From Hormoscilla sp. (GTDB lineage Bacteria; Cyanobacteriota; Cyanobacteriia; Cyanobacteriales; Desertifilaceae): DNA of 21,391 bases. The DNA lies in the NCBI GenBank assembly GCA_051439505.1, contig JBFRWI010000116.1:1-21391 (forward strand). The letters are read 5' to 3'. The position numbers and the translations under genes were made by a program. Below, in pieces: positions 1-7,322 of this stretch. The notes under the pieces were generated by a model. It was not told the origin of the DNA. It was given only the letters and a program-made list of their open reading frames with translations, and did no database searches. Positions within the stretch are counted from its first letter, which is position 1, and every line of letters begins with the position of its first letter.

Positions 1-162
1 GCCCACCCTACCACCGGCGATCGGGGGGGGGAAATATAGGGAAAAGGAAAAGTCGATGAGAACTTAATAAAGTCGATAAGAACTCACATCTGTACTCACT
101 AACTCCTCTAGCAAGATGGTAGATAGCAAGGATTAACTTGCACTTACTAGCGGGAGGCGAAC

Positions 163-687
163 ATGCAACTGTTATCTACTCTCACTTTACTCGCACAAAC
201 AACTGCCCGATCGGGCTTCATGCTTCCAGACTGGGGGTTTTGGCTGGGTAGCGGCATCATTTTGTGCTTAATTGAGCTATTTCTACCGAAACATCTGGCA
301 GGAAAATTACGATTAGTGCCTCTGATCATGGGTGTTAATTGTGCGATCGTGGCCTTTCTGTTGTGGCGAACGACCCGTCACTTCGCGCCCAACTTGCAAA
401 TCATGTACTGGATGTTTCTGAGTATTGCCGAACTTCTCTGGTTCCGTCCGATCTTCTTCAGCAAGCAGCAAAAGAAGTATATCGTGCCCGATGCCAGCGA
501 GGCCAGGACCGTAACGGCAATCTTACCAGGGGAAGTAGGACGAGTTATTTATGAAGGTACATCTTGGCAAGCCCGTTGTGAAGGACAGCAACCTCTAGCC
601 CCCAACCAGAAAGTTTATGTCCTGCGGCGGGAAGGTAATACCTTAGTAGTGGCGCCGGAAAACCTGTTCAAATTAGAGCAAAAGTGA
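163..687 (+). CDS. NfeD family membrane protein (C-terminal OB-fold)
   Basis: Hydrophobic N-terminal helices, then GEVGRVIYEGTSWQARC...VYVLRREGNTLVV, typical of the NfeD C-terminus; sits directly upstream of an SPFH gene, the usual pairing. Confidence 0.9.
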   Translation: MQLLSTLTLLAQTTARSGFMLPDWGFWLGSGIILCLIELFLPKHLAGKLRLVPLIMGVNCAIVAFLLWRTTRHFAPNLQIMYWMFLSIAELLWFRPIFFSKQQKKYIVPDASEARTVTAILPGEVGRVIYEGTSWQARCEGQQPLAPNQKVYVLRREGNTLVVAPENLFKLEQK

Positions 688-721
688 AAAGTAAGAATTA
701 AAAATTAGGAGAATATTAGCC

Positions 722-1333
722 ATGTTAGCAGGACTAGAATTTTATCTGTATCAATGTTTTTTGTTACTGTTCTTCGCCATCACGGGGACAACCCTGAAGG
801 CCAGCTTCGCAGTAGTCAAGCAAGGGGACGAAGCCCTAGTAGAAATGCTGGGCAAGTATGAAGGCAAAAAGCTAGAACCGGGACTGACATTTTTGGTGCC
901 CTATATCGAACGAGTGGCATATAAACAAAGCCTGCGGGAACAAATATTAGAGATGCCGTCCATCGAATGCGTCACGGCGGATCGGTATGATGTCTTTACA
1001 GATTTCGTACTGTACTGGCGGATGATCGACTTAGAAAGGGCGTCCTACAAGGTGCAAAACTTCAAGCAGGCGATGTTGACTGTTTTAACCCTGCAAATTC
1101 GCACGGAAATCGCCAAATTAGTAGCGGAGGATTTGTTCACGGCCCGTTCAAAACTGAATGAACTCTTAGTGGGAGAGTTAGACATTGCCACAGAACCTTG
1201 GGGAATAAAGGTAACGCGGGTGGAACTGCGCAACTTTAAGATTGGTAGCAAAGTCGTTCACGAAGCTTTTACAAATGGCCATTTGCCTAAGTCGCCAAAG
1301 CCTCGCGATCGGGCTGCGGTGAAAAGTAGTTGA
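722..1333 (+). CDS. SPFH/band 7 (stomatin/paraslipin-like) protein, short form
   Basis: TM anchor, then VVKQGDEALVEMLGKY..LEPGL.F.VPYIERV and ELDIATEPWGIKVTRVELR; RBS AGGAG upstream; lacks the long C-terminal coiled coil. Confidence 0.88.
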   Translation: MLAGLEFYLYQCFLLLFFAITGTTLKASFAVVKQGDEALVEMLGKYEGKKLEPGLTFLVPYIERVAYKQSLREQILEMPSIECVTADRYDVFTDFVLYWRMIDLERASYKVQNFKQAMLTVLTLQIRTEIAKLVAEDLFTARSKLNELLVGELDIATEPWGIKVTRVELRNFKIGSKVVHEAFTNGHLPKSPKPRDRAAVKSS

Positions 1334-1391
1334 AGCCCGCCGGGGGTATCCCACCCCCGCGTCATAGCTAAAGTGGGTTAAAACCCACTGA
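1334..1391 (-). repeat. Two-hairpin REP-like dispersed repeat, copy 1 (inverted relative to copies 2 and 3)
   Basis: Reverse complement reads AGTGGGTTTTAACCCACT-TTAGCTAT-GACGCGGGGGTGGGATACCCCCGGCGGGC, matching 4635-4689 and 7718-7772. Confidence 0.85.
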
Positions 1392-1461
1392 AAACCTTAA
1401 AATAGCGATCGCCCGCAAGCAATGTAAAAGATAGAAAAGATTAAATTAGTGAGGTAAGATC

Positions 1462-1962
1462 GTGAATGACTCTAATCAAAATGAGAGTTCTCAAGGTGCG
1501 GGTTGCGTGATAATGGCATTACTCGGAATAGGTGCGATCGGATTTTGGTTATTTGTGGCACCGTACTTCTTAAATTCAGCGGGTAAGGCAAAAAAAACAG
1601 AAGCAAAAATGTACGTGGGCTCAATGAACCGCGCCCAGCAAGCTTACTTTTTGGATAACAAAGAACCCGAAGAAAAAGGTAAATTTGCTAACGAGATCGG
1701 CAAGCTGGAACTTGGCATTCCCACCGAGACAGAAAATTACAAATATTTACTGCGGGCAACTGACACGGCGACCTTTCACTATGCTATCCCCAAAGAGAAG
1801 GAATTGAAAGGTTATGCCGGGGCGGTGTTTATGGTAGAAACAGCGTCCTCAGGAACCTCAGCCATCTTGTGTAAAACTACCGGTCCTGGCCAAATAATTC
1901 CCGCTGAACCTCAGATGGAAAATGGCGTTCCTACTTGTGGGACTGGGACTGAAGAATATTGA
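1462..1962 (+). CDS. Type IV pilin-like G/H family protein, copy 1 (non-canonical N-terminus, GTG start)
   Basis: TM helix, then KAKKTEAKMYVGSMNRAQQAYFL, TENYKY, YAGAVF and a C-terminal Cys pair (AILC...PTC); leader ATTAGTGAGGTA at 1445-1456. Confidence 0.88.
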   Translation: MNDSNQNESSQGAGCVIMALLGIGAIGFWLFVAPYFLNSAGKAKKTEAKMYVGSMNRAQQAYFLDNKEPEEKGKFANEIGKLELGIPTETENYKYLLRATDTATFHYAIPKEKELKGYAGAVFMVETASSGTSAILCKTTGPGQIIPAEPQMENGVPTCGTGTEEY

Positions 1963-2043
1963 GGCGCGATCCTATTGGGAGGGTAAGCTGTCCAGTGAAT
2001 GAAACGAAAAAAAAGGAAAAATAGTCATTAGTGAGGTATCATC

Positions 2044-2541
2044 ATGAACGAGGAAAAAAAACACCTTAATATTCAGGGGTACAGCGAGATTGAATTAATA
2101 GTTATAATAGGAGTTTTTGCTACATTGGCTCTGATAGCGTTACCGAGTATTTTAAGTCAAGCTAATAAGGCAAAACAGTCAGAAGCAAAAACTAATATTG
2201 GCTCAATGAACCGCGCCCACCAAGCTTACTTTTTGGATAACAAGGAACCCGAAGAAAAAGGTAAATTTGCCAATGAGTTCGGCAAGCTAGAACTTGACAT
2301 TCCCACGGAGACAGAAAATTACCAATATTTACTGCGGGCGACTGACAGTGCCACCTTTCACTATGCGATCGCCAAAGAGAGAGAATTGAAAAGTTATGTC
2401 GGGGCCGTGTTTATGGTAGAAACAGCGTCGGAAGGAACCTTAGCCATCTCCTGTGAAGCTGCTGAACCCGGCCTTATTCCCGCTGAACCTCAGATGGAAA
2501 ATGGCGTTCCTACTTGTGGGGCTGGGACTGAAGAACTTTGA
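2044..2541 (+). CDS. Type IV pilin-like G/H family protein, copy 2 (class III signal-like G|YSEIE)
   Basis: QG|YSEIELIVIIGVFATLALIALPS resembles the prepilin motif G|FTLIE; KAKQSEAKTNIGSMNRAHQAY core; C-terminal Cys pair. Confidence 0.92.
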   Translation: MNEEKKHLNIQGYSEIELIVIIGVFATLALIALPSILSQANKAKQSEAKTNIGSMNRAHQAYFLDNKEPEEKGKFANEFGKLELDIPTETENYQYLLRATDSATFHYAIAKERELKSYVGAVFMVETASEGTLAISCEAAEPGLIPAEPQMENGVPTCGAGTEEL

Positions 2542-2639
2542 GGCGCGATCCTATTGCTTCGGAGGTAAGGCGGACGTCCCAGACCGGCGATCGCCTTAGG
2601 CAAAGACCATCGAAAACATTGAATTAGTGAGGTATCATC

Positions 2640-3155
2640 ATGAATGACTCTAATACAGATGATTTGCAAGATTGTGGTTGTGCGATAGCGATCTTGATTT
2701 GTGTTGGATTAATTGGATATTTTATCGGATCTGCTGTAACTCGTAAAGCTATGGAACAGATATTGTTAAATTCAGCAAATTCAGCAGCAAAAATGTCTGT
2801 TGTAGCGATGAATTTTGCCCAGCAAGATTACCTTGAGAATAATCGCTACAAACATGGAAATGCGTCAACAGATATATTTGCAAAAGATATCGATAAACTT
2901 GGTCTTGGCATTGCCCCTGACACGGAATATTACAAATATTTACTGAGGGTAACTGACAGTGGCAGCTTTCACTATGCGATCGCGAATAAGAAGAAATTGA
3001 AAGGTTATATAGGAGCCGTGTTTATGGTAGAAACAGCGTCCTCAGGAACCTCAGTCATTTTGTGTAAAACTACCGACCCGGGCCAAATCATTCCCGCTGA
3101 ACCTCAGATGGAAAATGGGGTTCCTACTTGTGGGACTGGGACTGAAGAATTTTGA
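2640..3155 (+). CDS. Type IV pilin-like G/H family protein, copy 3 (divergent N-half)
   Basis: CGC plus TM N-terminus, AMNFAQQDY; C-terminal half nearly identical to copy 1. Confidence 0.85.
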   Translation: MNDSNTDDLQDCGCAIAILICVGLIGYFIGSAVTRKAMEQILLNSANSAAKMSVVAMNFAQQDYLENNRYKHGNASTDIFAKDIDKLGLGIAPDTEYYKYLLRVTDSGSFHYAIANKKKLKGYIGAVFMVETASSGTSVILCKTTDPGQIIPAEPQMENGVPTCGTGTEEF

Positions 3156-3238
3156 GGCGCGATCCTCTTGGGAGGAAGTAAGCTGTCCAGTGAATGAAAC
3201 GAAAAAAAAGCCCAAATAGTCATTAGTGAGGTATCATC

Positions 3239-3730
3239 ATGGACGAGGACCAAAAACACCTTAATATTCAGGGGTATAACGTGATTGAATTAACAGCCGC
3301 GATAGCCATATTGGCTATATTGTCTCTGATAGCGTTACCGAGTTTTTTACGACAAGGTATTTTGGCAGAAGTAAGTAATAATATTGACTCAATGAACCGC
3401 GCCCAGCAAGCTTACTTTTGGGAGAACAAGGAACCAGACAAAAAAGGAAAATTTGCTAAGGAGATCGGCAAGCTGGAACTTGACATTCCCACAGATACAA
3501 AAAATTACAAATATTTACTGCGGGCAAGTGACAGTGCCAGCTTTCACTATGCGATCGCCAAAGATAAGGAATTGAAAGGTTATGCCGGGGCCGTGTTTAT
3601 GGTAGAAACAGCGTCCTCAGAAACCTTAGCTATTATGTGTATAGCTGCCGAACCTGGCCAACTCATCCCCGCTGAACCTCAGATGGAAAATGGCGTTCCT
3701 ACTTGTGGGACTGGGACCGAACCACTTTGA
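3239..3730 (+). CDS. Type IV pilin-like G/H family protein, copy 4 (class III signal-like G|YNVIE)
   Basis: QG|YNVIELTAAIAILAILSLIALPSFL, SMNRAQQAY; C-terminal Cys pair. Confidence 0.9.
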   Translation: MDEDQKHLNIQGYNVIELTAAIAILAILSLIALPSFLRQGILAEVSNNIDSMNRAQQAYFWENKEPDKKGKFAKEIGKLELDIPTDTKNYKYLLRASDSASFHYAIAKDKELKGYAGAVFMVETASSETLAIMCIAAEPGQLIPAEPQMENGVPTCGTGTEPL

Positions 3731-3818
3731 GGCGCGATTTTATTGCGAGGAGGTAAGATGGGCAGTGTTTTCCCGGAAGGCAGGCGATCGCCCAACCTCA
3801 GATACTAGAGATAAAGGA

Positions 3819-3844
3819 GGTAAGGTGGGCGGTGCCCACCCTAC
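3819..3844. repeat. GTAG-family REP palindrome (GTAGGGTGGGC type)
   Basis: GGTAAGGTGGGCGGTGCCCACCCTAC; related copies at 1-11 (GCCCACCCTAC) and 9058-9078 (GTAGGGTGGGCACCGCCCACC). Confidence 0.75.
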
Positions 3845-3870
3845 GATAATTAAATTAGTGAGGTAAAATT

Positions 3871-4419
3871 ATGAATGACTCTAATCAAAATGAGAGTTCT
3901 CAAGGTGCGGGTTGCGTTATAATAGGATTACTAGGGCTAGGTGCGATCGGATGTTGGTTCTTTGTCGCACCCTTTGTCGTACCGAGCTTATTCAATGACG
4001 CGGGTAAGGCAAAAATGTCAGAAGCCCAAAAGTACGTTGGCTCAATGAACCGCGCCCAGCAATATTACTACTTCAAAAATAATGAATTTACTAACGATCT
4101 CAACCAACTCAACCTACGAGGTTTGGATATTCCCAGCGAGACAGAATTCTACTTCTATGTAATCAGGGCAACCTCCGATACCGCCTTTAACTATGCTATC
4201 CCTAGATATGAGACATTGCGAGGTTATTTCGGAGGAGTGTTTGTTGGGGTATATCCAGAAACAGGGGAGGAGACGACATTTGCTATCTTCTGTCAAACTA
4301 CCGGCCCTGGCAGATTCCTACCCGCTGAACCCCAGATGGAAACTATCGGCGCTGGCAGATTCCAACCCCGGACGGAAAATGGAGTCCCTACTTGTCCGGC
4401 TGGGACCGAATCATTTTGA
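3871..4419 (+). CDS. Type IV pilin-like G/H family protein, copy 5 (divergent core, 12-aa insertion in the Cys loop)
   Basis: First 17 aa identical to copy 1; KAKMSEAQKYVGSMNRAQQ; AIFC...PTC. Confidence 0.88.
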   Translation: MNDSNQNESSQGAGCVIIGLLGLGAIGCWFFVAPFVVPSLFNDAGKAKMSEAQKYVGSMNRAQQYYYFKNNEFTNDLNQLNLRGLDIPSETEFYFYVIRATSDTAFNYAIPRYETLRGYFGGVFVGVYPETGEETTFAIFCQTTGPGRFLPAEPQMETIGAGRFQPRTENGVPTCPAGTESF

Positions 4420-4535
4420 GGCGATCGCCCGCATTCAGGTAGTATAATAAAAAAGGTAAGGTGGAATGCCAATGATTTAAATCAAAGAATACTCCGATAT
4501 GTCCCGCATGATGCTATTAGTCGGTTTGAAATCAT

Positions 4536-4604
4536 ATCTTGCACCATTTGCAACCGGAGGCGGAGCCTCGATAATTCGTTCCCAGGCGGGAGCCAGGGAA
4601 CGAG
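4536..4604. repeat. REP-like palindrome cluster (TCTTGCACC / GAGGCGGAGCCTC / TCGTTCCCAGGC..GGGAACGAG)
   Basis: Two short GC-rich hairpins of a type I recognise as common in cyanobacterial intergenic DNA. Confidence 0.65.
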
Positions 4605-4634
4605 GGTAATGACTTAAATAAAAATTATGCTTTG

Positions 4635-4689
4635 AGTCGGTTTTAACCGACTTTAGCTATTAGCCGGGGGTTTGAACCCCCGGCGGGCT
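4635..4689 (+). repeat. Two-hairpin REP-like dispersed repeat, copy 2
   Basis: AGTCGGTTTTAACCGACT-TTAGCTATTAG-CCGGGGGTTTGAACCCCCGG-CGGGC. Confidence 0.85.
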
Positions 4690-4727
4690 AACAGCGAAGA
4701 GAAAGAGTTTATGGGAGGAGTAAAAAG

Positions 4728-6965
4728 ATGAAAGAGTACCACTATCAAATAGGTGGCTGTCTTCCGGAAGACGCACCGACTTATGCAGTCCGACGGGCGG
4801 ACTCGGAACTCTACGCCGGACTGCAAGGGGGGGAATTTTGCTACGTCCTCAATGGGCGGCAAATGGGGAAGTCCAGCTTGCTAGTGCGGACCCTGCAAAA
4901 GCTCACAGCCTCCGGTTTTGCCTGTGCCACAATTGATATTTCTGATATTGGCAACCAGCAGGTTTCTCTGGATAAATGGTATGGGGGTGTCGCCTATAAA
5001 CTCTTGAGTAGTTTTAATCTGTTCGACCCCCTGGAGTTTATGAATTGGTGGCGCGATCGGGCATTAATTCCGCCGGTGCAGCGGTTGAGCGAATTAATAG
5101 AAACCCAGTTGCTAGGGAGGATAGCAGCCCAGATGGTCATCTTCATCGATGAAATAGATAGCGTCCTCAGCCTCAAGGAACCACTGGATGACTTTTTTGC
5201 TTTAATTAGAGCTTGCTACAACAAACGGGCGATCGATGACCGATATCAGCGGCTGACCTTTGCCCTGTTAGGAGTAGCTACCCCAGGGGATTTAATTGCC
5301 GACCATACGCGCACGCCCTTTAATATCGGACGGGCGATCGAACTGAATGGTTTTAGCCTAGAGGACGCCCAACCACTGGTGAAGGGGTTAGGGGAAAAAG
5401 TAGATAACCCCCCAGCAGTAATGGCAGAGATTTTATCCCGGACGGGAGGACAGCCATTTCTGACCCAAAAACTCTGTAAATTAGTAGCTGAAAATGGCGG
5501 CAATGCTGAAATTGTCGCTAAATTAGTTAAAGAGGAGATCGTCGAAAATTGGGAAGCCCAAGACGAACCAGCCCATCTGAAAACCATACGCGATCGCTTG
5601 TTGACCCAGTCCGAAAAGGCCAGTCGGCTGCTGGGAATGTATCAGCAAATTTTACAAGTGGGGGAAATAGCCGCCGACGATAGTCCCGAACAAAGGCAAC
5701 TGCGGTTATCGGGATTAGTAGTGAAGCAGGAGGGAAAATTAAGAGTATACAACCGCATCTATCAGGAAATATTTAATCTCGATTGGGTAGAAAAGGCCCT
5801 GGGGGAATTGCGTCCCTATGGGGAAGCTTTAACGGCCTGGTTAGCATCTGACTGTCAGGACAGATCGCGGTTGTTGCGGGGCCAAGCATTGCAGGAAGCA
5901 CAAACCTGGGCCGCAGGCAAAAGTTTGGCCGATCGGGACTATCGCTTCTTAGCAGCATCGGGGGCGGCAGCGTTAGTAGAATTACGGCAAAAGGAGGAAC
6001 AGAGTCAGGCGCAAATTCATCGCCTCTGTCGGGAAAAAGAATTACTAGCACAACTGAATGAAGAATATGCCCTGCGCAAGGCCACGGAAGCGCAACTGCG
6101 GCGGGAACGCATTCTGAAAGCGAAAATCATCACCGGGGCAGTAGGGGCCTTGATGACAGTTCACGCTTTTTTGATAGGATTATTTTGGGTGAAACCATCC
6201 GTTGACAGAATGAATTCCCAACTGAATACCCTCAGCTTATTCTCAGAAGCCCTGCTAGAGGGCGATCGGCAAGCAGAGGCCCTGGTGCAAAGTATCAAAG
6301 CGGCCCGGGAAATGAGGCGATCGGTTGGAGTAAACCCCGATAGCAGAATGCGGGTGTTGCTAGCGCTACAGTCAGCGGTGTATAAAGGCAGAGAGGCCGA
6401 TCGCCAGTTAGGAGAAAGACAAGCATTCAGAAAGGAGAAGATAGTTACGGCGATGAGTTCCGATAGTGGGGTAGAATTGAGGAGTCGAGACGGGAAGTTA
6501 AGCGCCGTATTAAAGGGACATCCCAGTCAAGTTTTGGATGTCAGTTTCAGCAGCAACCGAGAGGCGATCGCGACTGGGAGTGCAGACGGAACGGCGAGAC
6601 TGTGGCATCGGGACGGCACCTTGCTTAGTATCTTCAAGCATCCCAGTCCAGTAACCAGCGTGAGTTTCAGTCCCGATGGGCAAATTATAGCCACGGCCAG
6701 CGCCGATGGTATAGTGAGAATATGGCATATTGACGGCAGGTTAGTGAAAAAATTACCGGGGCACCATCGGGAAATCGAGCATGTGAAATTTACTGGCGAT
6801 GGCAAGATGCTGGTCTCCACAAATAAAGATGGAACTGGGATGCTGTGGAATTTGGATCTAGAGGATCTCTTGAAACAAGGATGCGCCCAACTGCGGGATT
6901 ATTTTGAGAATAACCCCCAGCTTTCAGAGGGCGATCGGCATCTCTGCGATCGTATTGGTGTTTAA
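4728..6965 (+). CDS. AAA_35 (STAND-like) NTPase with TM segment and C-terminal WD40 repeats
   Basis: YQIGGCL..DAPTY..R.AD, Walker A GRQMGKSS, Walker B VIFIDEID, TPFNIG, TGGQPFLTQKLC; WD40 repeats GH..V..VSFS..IATGSADGTARLW; GC..LRDY..NNP tail. Confidence 0.92.
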   Translation: MKEYHYQIGGCLPEDAPTYAVRRADSELYAGLQGGEFCYVLNGRQMGKSSLLVRTLQKLTASGFACATIDISDIGNQQVSLDKWYGGVAYKLLSSFNLFDPLEFMNWWRDRALIPPVQRLSELIETQLLGRIAAQMVIFIDEIDSVLSLKEPLDDFFALIRACYNKRAIDDRYQRLTFALLGVATPGDLIADHTRTPFNIGRAIELNGFSLEDAQPLVKGLGEKVDNPPAVMAEILSRTGGQPFLTQKLCKLVAENGGNAEIVAKLVKEEIVENWEAQDEPAHLKTIRDRLLTQSEKASRLLGMYQQILQVGEIAADDSPEQRQLRLSGLVVKQEGKLRVYNRIYQEIFNLDWVEKALGELRPYGEALTAWLASDCQDRSRLLRGQALQEAQTWAAGKSLADRDYRFLAASGAAALVELRQKEEQSQAQIHRLCREKELLAQLNEEYALRKATEAQLRRERILKAKIITGAVGALMTVHAFLIGLFWVKPSVDRMNSQLNTLSLFSEALLEGDRQAEALVQSIKAAREMRRSVGVNPDSRMRVLLALQSAVYKGREADRQLGERQAFRKEKIVTAMSSDSGVELRSRDGKLSAVLKGHPSQVLDVSFSSNREAIATGSADGTARLWHRDGTLLSIFKHPSPVTSVSFSPDGQIIATASADGIVRIWHIDGRLVKKLPGHHREIEHVKFTGDGKMLVSTNKDGTGMLWNLDLEDLLKQGCAQLRDYFENNPQLSEGDRHLCDRIGV

Positions 6966-6999
6966 TAGCATTTTGTCAAGGTTGGTTACAATTAAACTG

Positions 7000-7113
7000 G
7001 CGATCGCATTGGCATTCCCATCCCCATCGGACCGGTGTACGGCGATACAAACCTTACTCATCGTCACCGATAATTTGTTGATGCCGTACACCTACATTTA
7101 ATTTGCGATCGCA
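7000..7113. repeat. ~115-bp HIP1-bounded REP-type repeat, copy A
   Basis: GCGATCGC at 7000-7007 and 7105-7112; internal stem GGTGTACGGC...GCCGTACACC; direct repeat of 7563-7677. Confidence 0.9.
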
Positions 7114-7127
7114 CCACTCCCGGGACC

Positions 7128-7192
7128 AGAAACCGGGTTTCTTATTTCAACTTTGGATAAAGATTAGAGGATATCTCAGAAACCCGGTTTCT
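7128..7192. repeat. AGAAACCGGGTTTCT paired palindrome repeat
   Basis: AGAAACCGGGTTTCT (7128-7142) and AGAAACCCGGTTTCT (7178-7192) are exact reverse complements of each other. Confidence 0.85.
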
Positions 7193-7286
7193 CCCCACCA
7201 ACCGCAGATCGCCACCCGCACCCGATCGCACCCGTAGTACCGGAATTCACATATCCCATGATCGGGAAAAAATTTTCCCTTACCCC

Positions 7287-7316
7287 TTGACAAACTCCAC
7301 TCCCGTTAGCTATATT
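7287..7316 (+). promoter_or_regulatory. Sigma70-type promoter for the candidate ncRNA
   Basis: TTGACA (7287-7292), 18 bp, TATATT (7311-7316). Confidence 0.75.
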
Positions 7317-7322
7317 ATATTT

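Noticed and set aside
1590..3210. A8 tracts in pilin copies 1 and 2 and in two spacers as phase-variation switches
   Set aside because: A8 runs are unremarkable in this AT-rich stretch, all ORFs are in frame, and both spacer tracts are the same length
1462..4419. Diversity-generating retroelement or shufflon explanation for the pilin variants
   Set aside because: No reverse transcriptase or invertase in the window, differences are not confined to adenines, and all copies are full-length and co-oriented
6904..7101. 65-aa ORF whose C-terminus resembles that of the 7327 ORF (TAIQT.LIVTDNLLMP..YI)
   Set aside because: The similarity is just translation of the two copies of the non-coding 115-bp repeat
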